Below, one piece after another: positions 1 through 13,350 of a stretch of DNA of 64,000 nt. The translations under genes were made by a program, and so were the position numbers. The notes beneath the pieces were generated by a model that ran no database searches, was not told the DNA's origin, and worked only from the letters and a program-made list of their open reading frames with translations. The stretch's first letter is position 1, and every line of letters begins with the position of its first letter. This stretch comes from Ranitomeya imitator (Eukaryota): NCBI RefSeq assembly GCF_032444005.1, contig NC_091290.1:136028001-136092000 (forward strand). Reading direction: 5' to 3'.

Positions 1-484
1 AGCGATGCTCTTAGTCTGTGCAAGCCACATCCACTGAGGGCTTCGCGTGCAGATAGATGCTACTGCGCAGGCAACAACACCATTTTACTGTAGTTATATT
101 TTTTTAATTGCGAACCTGACAATGTAGTTTACTTAGCAAAATTCTGAAGGCAGGTTCTCTAACAATAGTGAGGAGATACTACGAGTTGTTACTGTAAGTC
201 ATCAAACTGCGGATCATGCAGCAACCACAGGACTGATGAGACCGAGTCAGTATCACAGATAAGTAATTACATCCGGGTACCTGATATTTTACACCTTTTC
301 TGATTGTAGTTGTTTCCATCATATCTTGTCTACATGTAGCACAGACACCATGGAGAGATTTCATGCTCGGAGCTCATCTTCAGCAGCGATTCCCGACACC
401 GTGCTTTTGAAAATTTAAGTATCATTATACTGCCCCATAAAGATCTCCCATGCTGCACGCCTGTGCTTCCTGCGTAATATAACC

Positions 485-700
485 CACCGCACTGCCCCTC
501 TGCACAATGTCCCCAACGAAACCACACTGCCCCTCTGCAAAATGTCCCCCACCAGACCGCACTGCCCCTCTGCAAAATGTCCTCCACCAGACCGCACTGC
601 CCCTCTGCAAAATGTTTCCCACAAAACCGCACTGCCCCTCTGCAAAATGTCCCCCCACTAGACCACACTACAAAATATATCCCCCACACTGCCCTTTTGA
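485..700. repeat. ~35-bp tandem repeat, ~6 copies
   Basis: Unit like accgcactgcccctctgcaaaatgtccccaccag; actgcccctc recurs about every 35 bp. Confidence 0.85.
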
Positions 701-1139
701 ATAAAGTACCCCTCCACCACCACCTTAAACAAAGCTATGCCCCCTTTCAAAATGGTCACCCCAATTATGTGTCTTCACAGTAACATTAACCCCATTCCCA
801 TCTCAACCACAATGATTTCGCATTCAGTCTTCGGCTCCTTGATGGAGCACTTACCTTTGTCCGCGACGTCTCATGACCTCATCACGCTGCTGCACACCGG
901 GGAGCAGGATTGATGAGCGCAGCTCCTGTCCCAGCTCCACAGTGTTTTCATGTATTTGTGTCTAAAAGGCACAAATACATTTGAGTAGAAGGGGAAGCGC
1001 CGCATCCAGGGCAGCTCCACAGGCTGCCACCATCGTTCAGCGGGCCTGCCATAAACCATAGTTGAGGTCTGGAGATGTAAAATGTGTAGTGTGAATAATT
1101 CCTTACTGTGTCGAAACGAGACGTTATGGACTGAATAGT

Positions 1140-1145
1140 TTTATT
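1140..1145 (-). terminator. Candidate polyadenylation signal (AATAAA) of GABARAPL2
   Basis: tttatt on + strand, ~470 nt downstream of the stop codon on the minus strand. Confidence 0.5.
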
Positions 1146-1616
1146 AGCAGGAATTTGTAAAGGTGAATATTACATACCGGTAATTACTGATTACAATATC
1201 AATCACTAATAGTCTGTGTCTTATAGCGAAGGTCAGCAAATGACAGAACCATGGAAACAAAATCCAAAACCTATTTATATGCTGAATGCTACTAGCGGGG
1301 GTCGCCGGACCCCACATCTTCCTAAGTACTATTACTTAACCACTTCACTGCCAGAGTAAATAGGCTGCCGATTTCTAACTTCTGACACGTAGCCGGCCTC
1401 TTTGGCAGTAAAGTGACGTCTTCACAAAGCACAAAAAATAAATTACTTAAAAAAAAAAAAAAAAAAATATTTAGACAAAGATGGAGGACAAGACGTGGAA
1501 AAGAAAACCAAAAGGAGGCGTCCAGTTAAGATGCATCTAATCCTACGGGATGGAGACTTACACATCATGTTAAAACCACTGACATTATTTACAAGATTCA
1601 CAAGCCGTTGATGCGT

Positions 1617-1707
1617 CTAAAAGCCGAACGTGTTCTCTCCGCTGTACGCCACGTACAAAAAGCCGTCCTCGTCTTTCTCTTTCTCGTACAGCTGTCCCAT
1701 GGTTAGA
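1617..1707 (-). CDS. GABARAPL2: GABARAPL2 (ATG8 family) coding exon 4
   Basis: Translates (S)[29 protein letters not shown]; ccccttcag acceptor; 91 bp; keeps the C-terminal Gly-Phe. Confidence 0.98.
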
Positions 1708-2431
1708 CTGAAGGGGAAAAAGACAGGAAAAAAAATTACTGAACCACACTGTCGTTTCACGGGATCAATCCCTGGCTTTTTCATTTGATTAGACACTGAT
1801 AAGACTGACTGCCACGGCCTGTTAAAATATCTGGAAATCTGCGAACCTCTTTAAAGGGATATTCCAAGTTGTCTCCCATCCACAGGACAAGTGATAATTG
1901 CTAGATTGCTGGGGGTCTGATGAATAACGACTGTGACGGTCCAGAACTTGCAATGAAGCGGCAGCAAGCACAGTTTCAGTGCAGGACGTGCAGCCATCAG
2001 TGTGAGAGTTCCCACCAATCTAGCTGTTATCACTCTTCAATACCCCCCACAGTACCAAGGAGAAGTCAGCAAAGGGTTAGTAATCAGCCCCCAGCGATCT
2101 AAGATGTGTAGGTACCTTAACACCAAGGGGGGGTTCTTTAATGACAAGTGCCCCATCAGCAATGTGCCAGGTCAGGAGCTGCATTGTTTCCAGTGTGGCA
2201 CAACAGAGATGCAATCAGTGTTTAGCCAGGTTATCCCCTTTAAAAGATACTGAGACACCCTACTTCCCCGGCGCGCGCCCTTCACCACGATGTGCAGCGC
2301 CCCACCGTGGCACACAATGTTTGGCACAAGTCCCTTCCCGACCCATGGTGCGTGCCCTCCCTGACATGCAGCACAAGCTGGGTGTTAGGAGTGATTCTCA
2401 TGTGCAGCCAGGAAGGCACTTGGAGGAAATC

Positions 2432-3163
2432 TAAAGGTACCTTCACACATAACGATATTGTTAACGATATCGTTGCTATTTGTGACGTAGCAACGATATC
2501 GTTAATGAAATCGTTATGTGTGACAGCGACCAACGATCAGGCCCCTGCTGGGAGATCGTTGGTCGCTGAGGAAAGTCCAGAACTTTATTTCGTCGCTGGA
2601 CTCCTGCTGACATCGCTGGATCGGCGTGTGTGACACCGATCCAGCGATGTCTTCGCTGGTAACCAGGGTAAACATCGGGTAACTAAGCGCAGGGCCGCGC
2701 TTAGTAACCCGATGTTTACCCTGGTTACCATCCTAAAAGTAAAAAAACAAACACTACATACTTACCTACAGCTGTCTGTCCTCCAGCGCTGTGCTCTGCA
2801 CTCCTCCTGCTCTGGCTGTGAGCGTCGGTCAGCCGGAAAGCAGAGCGGTGACGTCACCGCTCTGCTTTCTGGCTGCCCGGCGCTCACAGCCAGACCAGAG
2901 AAGCAGAGCGCCGAGGACAGACAGCGGTAGGTAAGTATGTACTGTTTGTTTTTTTTTACTTTTAGCATGGTAACCAGGGTAAACATCGGGTTACTAAGCG
3001 CGGCCCTGCGCTTAGTTACCCGATGTTTACCCTGGTTACCGGCATCGTTGGTCGCTGGAGAGCGGTCTGTGTGACAGCTCTCCAGCGACCAAACAGCGAC
3101 GCTGCAGCGATCCGGATCGTTGTCGGTATCGCTGCAGCGTCGCTTAATGTGAAGGGGCCTTTA
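2432..3163. mobile_element. Non-autonomous DNA transposon (MITE), ~730 bp, in GABARAPL2 intron 3
   Basis: Ends taaaggtaccttcacac / atgtgaaggggccttta; two ~70-bp internal hairpins (ggtaaccagggtaaacatcggg...cccgatgtttaccctggttacc) and central palindrome cagagcggtgacgtcaccgctctg; superfamily not resolved. Confidence 0.9.
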
Positions 3164-3185
3164 GGCTCCGTCGTCCTCGTCTCAC

Positions 3186-3358
3186 CTGGACTGAGGCACA
3201 GTCTTGTCTACAAACAGGAAGATGGCTTTTTCTGAAGGCAGTTGAATGCGTTTTCTGATGATCCACATAAACTGAGCCACGGTGATGTCAGAGGGGACCA
3301 GGTATTTCCGCTTGTCGATATCCACAATTTGTGAACCAGATACTTTCTCCACGATGAC
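3186..3358 (-). CDS. GABARAPL2: GABARAPL2 coding exon 3
   Basis: [57 protein letters not shown](S); cag acceptor, gtgag donor; 173 bp. Confidence 0.98.
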
Positions 3359-3692
3359 CTGGGAAGTGCAGGAGTCATATTAGTGCTGTAGATTATCACT
3401 GTATATGGAGGAGAGTAGTCACCGCTAAATGTCCCATACTGATAATGACAACTAGATATATTGTGAACATTCCCAGAAGGAATAACAGAGGATCAGCACA
3501 AATGAGGGGCCACTTAGGTGACCATGTCCATTACATGAAAATGGGTCGAACCTACCGATTTTAGTGGGACCTCTGTATGTTTTGCCTTATCTAAGTGGGT
3601 GTGGTCATAAAAAGCTACCAATAGAGAAGAGTGGAGGATCACACCCACTTGGCTAACAAGACTAGATTTATATATAAAGAAACGGAGCATAT

Positions 3693-3878
3693 ACAGGAAC
3701 AAAAAGTCACAGGAACAAAAACAAAACATCACCGGATTCAGGAGCAAAAAGTCACAGGAACAAAAGCAAAACAGCACCAGATTCAGGAGCAAAAAGTCAC
3801 AGGAACAAAATCAAAACGGCATCGGATTCAGAAGCAGAAAGTCGCAGGAACAAAAGCAAAACAGCACCGGATAATGTA
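3693..3878. repeat. 45-bp tandem repeat, ~4 copies
   Basis: aaaagtcacaggaacaaaa recurs every 45 bp; explains the 15-aa periodic ORF 3631-3879. Confidence 0.85.
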
Positions 3879-4094
3879 AAACAAAAAAACAATTTACACC
3901 AGGTAGCAATAATACGTATTATTGATAACTGTGGGGTCTCCTTTAAAACTATGGGCTAATGGAATCTGAAACAGATTCTGGTACATGGAGATAAGAGGGG
4001 AATTATTGCTTGTAGCCAATGCAATCTATATACAGCTCTAATAGAGCGAGTGCTGAATAATGGATGAGCCCTCGCAGGAAACATCACAACTTAC

Positions 4095-4150
4095 CGGAAC
4101 GCGGTCTGGATATTTGGCCCGGATTTTCGCCGACTCCACGCACCTGTGTT
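4095..4150 (-). CDS. GABARAPL2: GABARAPL2 coding exon 2
   Basis: (E)HRCVESAKIRAKYPDRVP; ttttttcag acceptor, gtaag donor; 56 bp. Confidence 0.98.
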
Positions 4151-4153
4151 CTG

Positions 4154-4184
<31 letters not shown>

Positions 4185-5112
4185 GGAATAAAGGAAGACT
4201 CAGGAAAGAATCCACATAATAACTGGGAGATGACGGAGAAGTCACCAGACAAGTGAGCGGCGCGGCAGGAATGTGGGGCGACCGCCGACAAGAGATTCTT
4301 TATGAGTGAGACACGGCAGGTTATTCATGTGATTGCACAGGTGCGGGCCCCGATGTACCTGGCACAAGGCACCTGCGTCCCTGGGCCGGATAGTAACAAG
4401 GAGCAGCTTGTCACACACAAAACAGATATAGGGGGACATGAAACATCCACTTCATGAACAATAATAGAAAGGGGGCACCACACACGATTTTTTTTTTTAT
4501 CCAAGCCCGTAGCCCCCCACATTTGACTTAGAAAATCAACCTGGACTTCTCTCTCGTCATACTTTTATCGTTTATCTAACTGACCCATTAAAGACAAATT
4601 TTGGACAATAAGCTGGGGGAGCACATCACATGACCAGTGACCGATCCCGTCAATTTCAAGTTGGGGCAGACGATCCTGTTCCCTGAGCGCACGTGTGCAA
4701 GAGAGGTGGGGCGGAAAGTCTATGTCGCCACCTATCCGACGGACAGTAGGAGGGGGCTCAGGCCCCCCCGGGCAGTGAATACCGAGCAGCCCAAGTCTCA
4801 TAGACCAAGCATTTTTGTGTAACGCTCCATTAAGAAATGGGAATGTCCGAGTGAGGCCTTCTCATGACCGGCTGCGCGAGCCAGAAGAAATGAGAGAGGG
4901 TGGAAGAACAGGAGAGGGGGCATAAGGCAGGCTGGAGGGGCTCGGGAGAAGGGCCGGAGACTCACAAGGATGGCTTATTGATCCTAGCCGGTGACTTGAT
5001 ATCACAGACGTGTGACCGCTGCCCCAGAGAATTATCGAAGCCTCAAATGTCCTAATCTACAAGAATGGCGTTCACTTATTTATCTTCCACCACAAATAAA
5101 AAATATATAAAT

Positions 5113-8050
5113 GGGGGAGGGGCAGGAGGGTATAATACACAGGATATAATGTACAGGGGGGAGGGGTCGGAGGGTATAATACACAGGATATAATGTACAA
5201 GGGGAGGGGCAGGAGGGTACAATACACAGGATATCATGTACAGGGGGAGGGGCAGGGGGTATAATACACAGCATATAATGTACAGGGGGAGGGGCAGGGG
5301 GGGTATAATACACAAGATATAATGTACAGGGGGAGGGGCAGGGGGGTATAATACACAAGATATAATGTACAGGGGGAGAGGCAGAGGGTATAATACACAG
5401 GATATAATGTACAGGGGGAGGGGCAGGGGTATAATACACAGGATATAATGTACAGGGGGAGAGGCAAGGGGTATAATACACAGCATATAATGTACAGGGG
5501 GAGAGGCAGAGGGTATAATACACAGGATGTAATGTACAGGGGAGGGGCAGGAGGGTATAACACACAGGATATAATGTACAGGGGAGGGCAGGGGGTATAA
5601 TACACAGGATATAATGTACAGGGGAGGGCAGGGGGTATAATACACAGGATATAATGTACAGGGGGAGGGGCAGGGGGTATAATACACAGGATGTAATGTG
5701 CAGAGGGTATAATACACAGGATATAATGTACAGGGGGAGAGGCAAGGGGTATAATACACAGGATATAATGTACAGGGGGAGAGGCAAGGGGTATAATACA
5801 CAGGATATAACGTACAGGGGGAGAGGCAGAGGGTATAATACACAGGATATAATGTACAGGGGAGGGCAGGGGGTATAATACACAGGATATAATGCACAGG
5901 GGGAGGGGCAGGGGTATAATACACAGGATATAATGTACAGGGGGAGAGGCAAGGGGTATAATACACAGGATATAACGTACAGGGGGAGAGGCAGAGGGTA
6001 TAATACACAGGATGTAATGTACAGGGGAGGGGCAGGAGGGTATAACACACAGGATATAATGTACAGGGGAGGGCAGGGGGTATAATATACAGGATATAAT
6101 GTACAGGGGAGGGCAGGGGGTATAATACACAGGATATAATTTACAGGGGGAGGGGCAGGGGGTATAATACACAGGATGTAATGTGCAGAGGGTATAATAC
6201 ACAGGATATAATGTACAGGGGGAGAGGCAAGGGGTATAATACACAGGATATAATGTACAGGGGGAGAGGCAAGGGGTATAATACACAGGATATAACGTAC
6301 AGGGGGAGAGGCAGAGGGTATAATACACAGGATATAATGCACAGGGGAGGGCAGGGGGTATAATACACAGGATATAATGCACAGGGGGAGGGGCAGGGGT
6401 ATAATACACAGGATATAATGTACAGGGGGAGAGGCAAGGGGTATAATACACAGGATATAACGTACAGGGGGAGAGGCAGAGGGTATAATACACAGGATAT
6501 AATGTACAGGGGAGGGCAGGGGGTATAATACACAGGATATAATGCACAGGGGGAGGGGCAGGGGGTATAATACACAGGATATAATGCACAGGGGGAGGGG
6601 CAGGGGTATAATACACAGGATATAATGTACAGGGGAGGGCAGGGGGTATAATACACAGGATATAATGTACAGGGGGAGGGGCAGGGGTATAATACACAGG
6701 ATATAATGTACAGGGGGAGAGGCAAGGGGTATAATACACAGCATATAATGTACAGGGGGAGAGGCAGAGGGTATAATACACAGGATGTAATGTACAGGGG
6801 AGGGGCAGGAGGGTATAACACACAGGATATAATGTACAGGGGAGGGCAGGGGGTATAATATACAGGATATAATGTACAGGGGAGGGCAGGGGGTATAATA
6901 CACAGGATATAATGTACAGGGGGAGGGGCAGGGGGTATAATACACAGGATGTAATGTGCAGAGGGTATAATACACAGGATATAATGTACAGGGGGAGAGG
7001 CAAGGGGTATAATACACAGGATATAATGTACAGGGGGAGAGGCAAGGGGTATAATACACAGGATATAACGTACAGGGGGAGAGGCAGAGGGTATAATACA
7101 CAGGATATAATGTACAGGGGAGGGCAGGGGGTATAATACACAGGATATAATGCACAGGGGGAGGGGCAGGGGTATAATACACAGGATATAATGTACAGGG
7201 GGAGAGGCAAGGGGTATAATACACAGGATATAACGTACAGGGGGAGAGGCAGAGGGTATAATACACAGGATATAATGTACAGGGGAGGGCAGGGGGTATA
7301 ATACACAGGATATAATGCACAGGGGGAGGGGCAGGGGGTATAATACACAGGATATAATGCACAGGGGGAGGGGCAGGGGTATAATACACAGGATATAATG
7401 TACAGGGGAGGGCAGGGGGTATAATACACAGGATATAATGTACAGGGGGAGGGGCAGGGGTATAATACACAGGATATAATGTACAGGGGGAGAGGCAGGG
7501 GGGTATAATACACAGGATATAATGTACAGGGGGAGGGGCAGGGGGTATAATACACAGGATATAATGTACAGGGGGAGAGGCAGGGGTATAATACAGAGGA
7601 TATAATGTACAGGGGGAGAGACGGGGGTATAATACACAGGATATAATGTACAGGGGGAGAGGCAGGGGGTATAATACACAGGATATAATGTAGAGGGGAA
7701 AGACGGGGGTATAATACACAGGATATAATGTACAGGGGGAGAGGCAGGGGGTATAATACACAGGATATAATGTACAGGGGGAGAGACGGGGTATAATACA
7801 CAGGATATAATGTACAGGGGAGGGCAGGGGGTATAATACACAGGATATAATGTACAGGGGAGGGCAGGGGGTATAATACACTGGATATAATCTACAGGGG
7901 GAGGGGCAGGGGTATAATACACAGGATATAATGTACAGGGGAAGGCAGGGGTATAATACAGAGGATATAATGTACAGGGGGAGAGGCAGGGGGTATAATA
8001 CACAGGATATAATGTACAGGGGGAGAGGTAGAGGGGTATAATACACAGGA
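5113..8050. repeat. ~40-43-bp minisatellite (~2.9 kb) in GABARAPL2 intron 1
   Basis: Unit ggggtataatacacaggatataatgtacagggggagaggca with G-run variants. Confidence 0.97.
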
Positions 8051-8180
8051 CGAGGTGGGGGGGGGGCGACATTGCAGTGTATGGGGGACATTATAGGACA
8101 CGACCTCGTCCTCTATCGTGACATGGCAGCACGGTGTGACACGTCAGGTATCGGGGCTCCCGCCGCCCCCGGTCTCTCAC

Positions 8181-8214
8181 CCAGTGCGTGGTCTTCCTTG
8201 AACATCCACTTCAT
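8181..8214 (-). CDS. GABARAPL2: GABARAPL2 coding exon 1
   Basis: ATGAAGTGGATGTTCAAGGAAGACCACGCACTGG|gtgag = MKWMFKEDHAL(E); 34 bp; the four exons sum to 354 bp = 117 aa + stop. Confidence 0.98.
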
Positions 8215-8249
8215 GTTCCCGAGCACAGACAGCAACGACAACAACAACA

Positions 8250-8440
8250 GGGCGGGGCCTTCTCTGACGTCACTTCCGCGGTAAAAAAGCTTTCTATTCT
8301 GTGACTCCTCCTACAACTGAAGGAAAATAGGGAGGAGTCACGTGGGACGTACGAGCCGCGCTGGTGACGTCATCCCGGACAGTCAGGTGGTCACAAGGCA
8401 GCGTCTCCGTAGGAGTGCAGGGTCAGAGAGTGGTCACGTG
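8250..8440 (-). promoter_or_regulatory. GABARAPL2 proximal promoter motifs: GC box, ETS-CRE composite, second CRE, two GTCACGTG E-boxes
   Basis: gggcggggc 8250-8258; tgacgtcacttccgcgg 8265-8281; gtcacgtg 8337-8344 and 8433-8440; tgacgtca 8365-8372; CpG-rich. Confidence 0.7.
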
Positions 8441-8599
8441 TTACATTCTGCTGTCAGTGACCCCGAGGCCAAGGATCACCCTGACCTTCCTAAGTGTCAC
8501 CACAGACAGCAGGAGCCTCTCTATACACGGATCACAAGTCGTGGAGATGGTCCCCAACACATGCTGACTCTCACCTAGACCGGACCCTAATGTACAGAG

Positions 8600-11500
8600 A
8601 CCCCAGACCCCTAAACTAACACAGACCCCCTAATCTAATACAAACCCCAGACCAGACCCCTAAACTAATACAAACCCCAGACCAGACCCCTAAACTAACA
8701 CAGACCCCAAATCTAATACAAACCCCAGACCAGACCCCTAAACTAATACAAACCCCAGACCAGACCCCTAAACTAACACAGACCCCCTAATCTAATACAA
8801 ACCCCAGACCAGACCCCTAAACTAACACAGACCCCAAATCTAATACAAACCCCAGACCAGACCCCTAAACTAATACAAACCCCAGACCAGACCCCTAAAC
8901 TAACACAGACCCCAAATCTAATACAAACCCCAGACCAGACCCCTAAACTAATACAAACCCCAGACCAGACCCCTAAACTAACACAGACCCCTAAACTAAT
9001 ACAAACCCCAGACCAGACCCCTAAACTAACACAGACCCCAAATCTAATACAAACCCCAGACCAGACCCCTAAACTAATACAAACCCCAGACCAGACCCCT
9101 AAACTAACACAGACCCCAAATCTAATACAAACCCCAGACCAGACCCCTAAACTAATACAAACCCCAGACCAGACCCCTAAACTAACACAGACCCCTAATC
9201 TAATACAAACCCCAGACCCCTAAACTAACACAGACCCCAAATCTAATACAAACCCCAGACCAGACCCCTAAACTAACACAGACCCCAAATCTAATACAAA
9301 CCCCAGACCAGACCTCTAAACTAACACAGACCCCTAATCTAATACAAACCCCAGACCAGACCCCTAAACTAATACAAACCCCAGACCAGACCCCTAAACT
9401 AACACAGACCCCAAATCTAATACAAACCCCAGACCAGACCTCTAAACTAACACAGACCCCTAATCTAATACAAACCCCAGACCAGACCCCTAAACTAATA
9501 CAAACCCCAGACCAGACCCCTAAACTAACACAGACCCCAAATCTAATACAAACCCCAGACCAGACCCCTAAACTAACACAGACCCCAAATCTAATACAAA
9601 CCCCAGACCAGACCCCTAAACTAACACAGACCCCCTAATCTAATACAAACCCCAGACCAGACCCCTAAACTAACACAGACCCCAAATCTAATACAAACCC
9701 CAGACCAGACCCCTAAACTAATACAGACCCCAAATCTAATACAAACCCCAGACCAGACCCCTAAACTAACACAGACCCCAAATCTAATACAAACCCCAAA
9801 CCAGACCCCTAAACTAATACAGACCCCAAATCTAATACAAACCCCAGACCAGACCCCTAAACTAACACAGACCCCAAATCTAATACAAACCCCAGACCAG
9901 ACCCCTAAACTAATACAGACCCCAAATCTAATACAAACCCCAGACCAGACCCCTAAACTAACACAGACCCCAAATCTAATACAAACCCCAGACCAGACCC
10001 CTAAACTAACACAGACCCCAAATCTAATACAAACCCCAAACCAGACCCCTAAACTAATACAGACCCCAAATCTAATACAAACCCCAGACCAGACCCCTAA
10101 ACTAACACAGACCCCAAATGTAATACAAACCCCAGACCAGACCCCTAAACTAACACAGACCCCAAATCTAATACAAACCCCAGACCAGACCCCTAAACTA
10201 ACACAGACCCCCTAATCTAATACAAACCCCAGACCAGACCCCTAAACTAACACAGACCCCCTAATCTAATACAAACCCCAGACCAGACCCCTAAACTAAC
10301 ACAGACCCCAAATCTAATACAAACCCCAGACCAGACCCCTAAACTAACACAGACCCCAAATCTAATACAAACCCCAAACCAGACCCCTAAACTAACACAG
10401 ACCCTAAATCTAATACAAACCCCAGACCAGACCCCTAAACTAACACAGACCCCAAATCTAATACAAACCCCAGACCAGACCCCTAAACTAACAGACCCCA
10501 AATCTAATACAAACCCCAGACCAGACCCCTAAACTAATACAGACCCCAAATCTAATACAAACCCCAGACCAGACCCCTAAACTAACACAGACCCCAAATC
10601 TAATACAAACCCCAGACCAGACCCCTAAACTAACAGACCCCAAATCTAATACAAACCCCAGACCAGACCCCTAAACTAACACAGACCCCAAATCTAATAC
10701 AAACCCCAAACCAGACCCCTAAACTAACACAGACCCTAAATCTAATACAAACCCCAGACCAGACCCCTAAACTAACACAGACCCCAAATCTAATACAAAC
10801 CCCAGACCAGACCCCTAAACTAACAGACCCCAAATCTAATACAAACCCCAGACCAGACCCCTAAACTAATACAGACCCCAAATCTAATACAAACCCCAGA
10901 CCAGACCCCTAAACTAACACAGACCCCAAATCTAATACAAACCCCAAACCAGACCCCTAAACTAACACAGACCCTAAATCTAATACAAACCCCAGACCAG
11001 ACCCCTAAACTAACACAGACCCCAAATCTAATACAAACCCCAGACCAGACCCCTAAACTAACAGACCCCAAATCTAATACAAACCCCAGACCAGACCCCT
11101 AAACTAATACAGACCCCAAATCTAATACAAACCCCAGACCAGACCCCTAAACTAACACAGACCCCAAATCTAATACAAACCCCAGACCAGACCCCTAAAC
11201 TAACAGACCCCAAATCTAATACAAACCCCAGACCAGACCCCTAAACTAACACAGACCCCAAATCTAATACAAACCCCAAACCAGACCCCTAAACTAACAC
11301 AGACCCCAAATCTAATACAAACCCCAGACCAGACCCCCTAAACTAACACAGACCCCAAATCTAATACAAACCCCAGACCAGACCCCTAAACTAACAGACC
11401 CCAAATCTAATACAAACCCCAGACCAGACCCCTAAACTAATACAGACCCCAAATCTAATACAAAGCCCAGACCAGACCCCTAAACTAACACAGACCCCAA

Positions 11501-13350
11501 ATCTAATACAAACCCCAGACCAGACCCCTAAACTAACACAGACCCCAAATCTAATACAAACCCCAGACCAGACCCCTAAACTAACACAGACCCCAAATCT
11601 AATACAAACCCCAGACCCCAAATCTAATACAAACCCCAGACCAGACCCCTAAACTAACACAGACCCCAAATCTAATACAAACCCCAGACCCCTAAACTAA
11701 CACAGACCCCAAATCTAATACAAACCCCAGACCAGACCCCTAAACTAACACAGACCCCCTAATCTAATACAAACCCCAGACCAGACCCCTAAACTAACAC
11801 AGACCCCTAATCTAATACAAACCCCAGACCAGACCCCTAAACTAATACAGACCCCAAATCTAATACAAACCCCAGACCAGACCCCTAAACTAACACAGAC
11901 CCCAAATCTAATACAAACCCCAGACCAGACCCCTAAACTAACACAGACCCCCTAATCTAATACAAACCCCAGACCAGACCCCTAAACTAACACAGACCCC
12001 AAATCTAATACAAACCCCAGACCAGACCCCTAAACTAATACAGACCCCAAATCTAATACAAACCCCAGACCAGACCCCTAAACTAACACAGACCCCAAAT
12101 CTAATACAAACCCCAAACCAGACCCCTAAACTAATACAGACCCCAAATCTAATACAAACCCCAGACCAGACCCCTAAACTAACACAGACCCCAAACCAGA
12201 CCCCTAAACTAACACAGACCCCAAATCTAATACAAACCCCAAACCAGACCCCTAAACTAATACAGACCCCAAATCTAATACAAACCCCAGACCAGACCCC
12301 TAAACTAATACAGACCCCAAATCTAATACAAACCCCAGACCAGACCCCTAAACTAATACAGACCCCAAATCTAATACAAACCCCAGACCAGACCCCTAAA
12401 CTAACACAGACCCCAAATCTAATACAAACCCCAGACCAGACCCCTAAACTAACACAGACCCCAAATCTAATACAAACCCCAGACCAGACCCCTAAACTAA
12501 TACAGACCCCAAATCTAATACAAACCCCAGACCAGATTCCTAAACTAACACAGACCCCAAATCTAATACAAACCCCAGACCAGACCCCTAAACTAACACA
12601 GACCCCAAATCTAATACAAACCCCAGACCAGACCCCTAAACTAACACAGACCCCCTAATCTAATACAAACCCCAGACCAGACCCCTAAACTAACACAGAC
12701 CCCAAATCTAATACAAACCCCAAACCAGACCCCTAAACTAACACAGACCCCAAATCTAATACAAACCCCAGACCAGACCCCTAAACTAACACAGACCCCA
12801 AATCTAATACAAACCCCAGACCAGACCCCTAAACTAACACAGACCCCAAATCTAATACAAACCCCAGACCAGACCCCTAAACTAACACAGACCCCAAATC
12901 TAATACAAACCCCAGACCAGACCCCTAAACTAACACAGACCCCAAATCTAATACAAACCCCAGACCAGACCCCTAAACAGACCCCAAATCTAATACAAAC
13001 CCCAGACCAGACCCCTAAACTAACACAGACCCCAAATCTAATACAAACCCCAGACCAGACCCCTAAACTAACAGACCCCAAATCTAATACAAACCCCAGA
13101 CCAGACCCCTAAACTAACACAGACCCCAAATCTAATACAAACCCCAGACCAGACCCCTAAACTAATACAGACCCCAAATCTAATACAAACCCCAGACCAG
13201 ACCCCTAAACTAACACAGACCCCAAATCTAATAAACCCCAGACCAGACCCCTAAACTAACACAGACCCCAAATCTAATACAAACCCCAAACCAGACCCCT
13301 AAACTAACACAGACCCCAAATCTAATACAAACCCCAAACCAGACCCCTAA
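8600..13350. repeat. 48-bp minisatellite (~4.75 kb) between the two divergent promoters
   Basis: Unit cagaccccaaatctaatacaaaccccagaccagacccctaaactaaca, built from 18- and 30-bp subunits; three GGGG tracts per unit on the minus strand. Confidence 0.97.

Noticed and set aside
1-470. Possible exon of a neighbouring gene (e.g. ADAT1 by mammalian synteny) or decayed coding sequence
   Set aside because: No frame gave a protein I recognise; stops in most frames
5076-8101. ORFs up to 1003 aa (Pro/Tyr/Cys-rich)
   Set aside because: Translations of the intronic minisatellite; open in several frames, no domain
8600-13350. Regular repeat array resembling CRISPR
   Set aside because: No unique spacers, no cas genes, eukaryotic context
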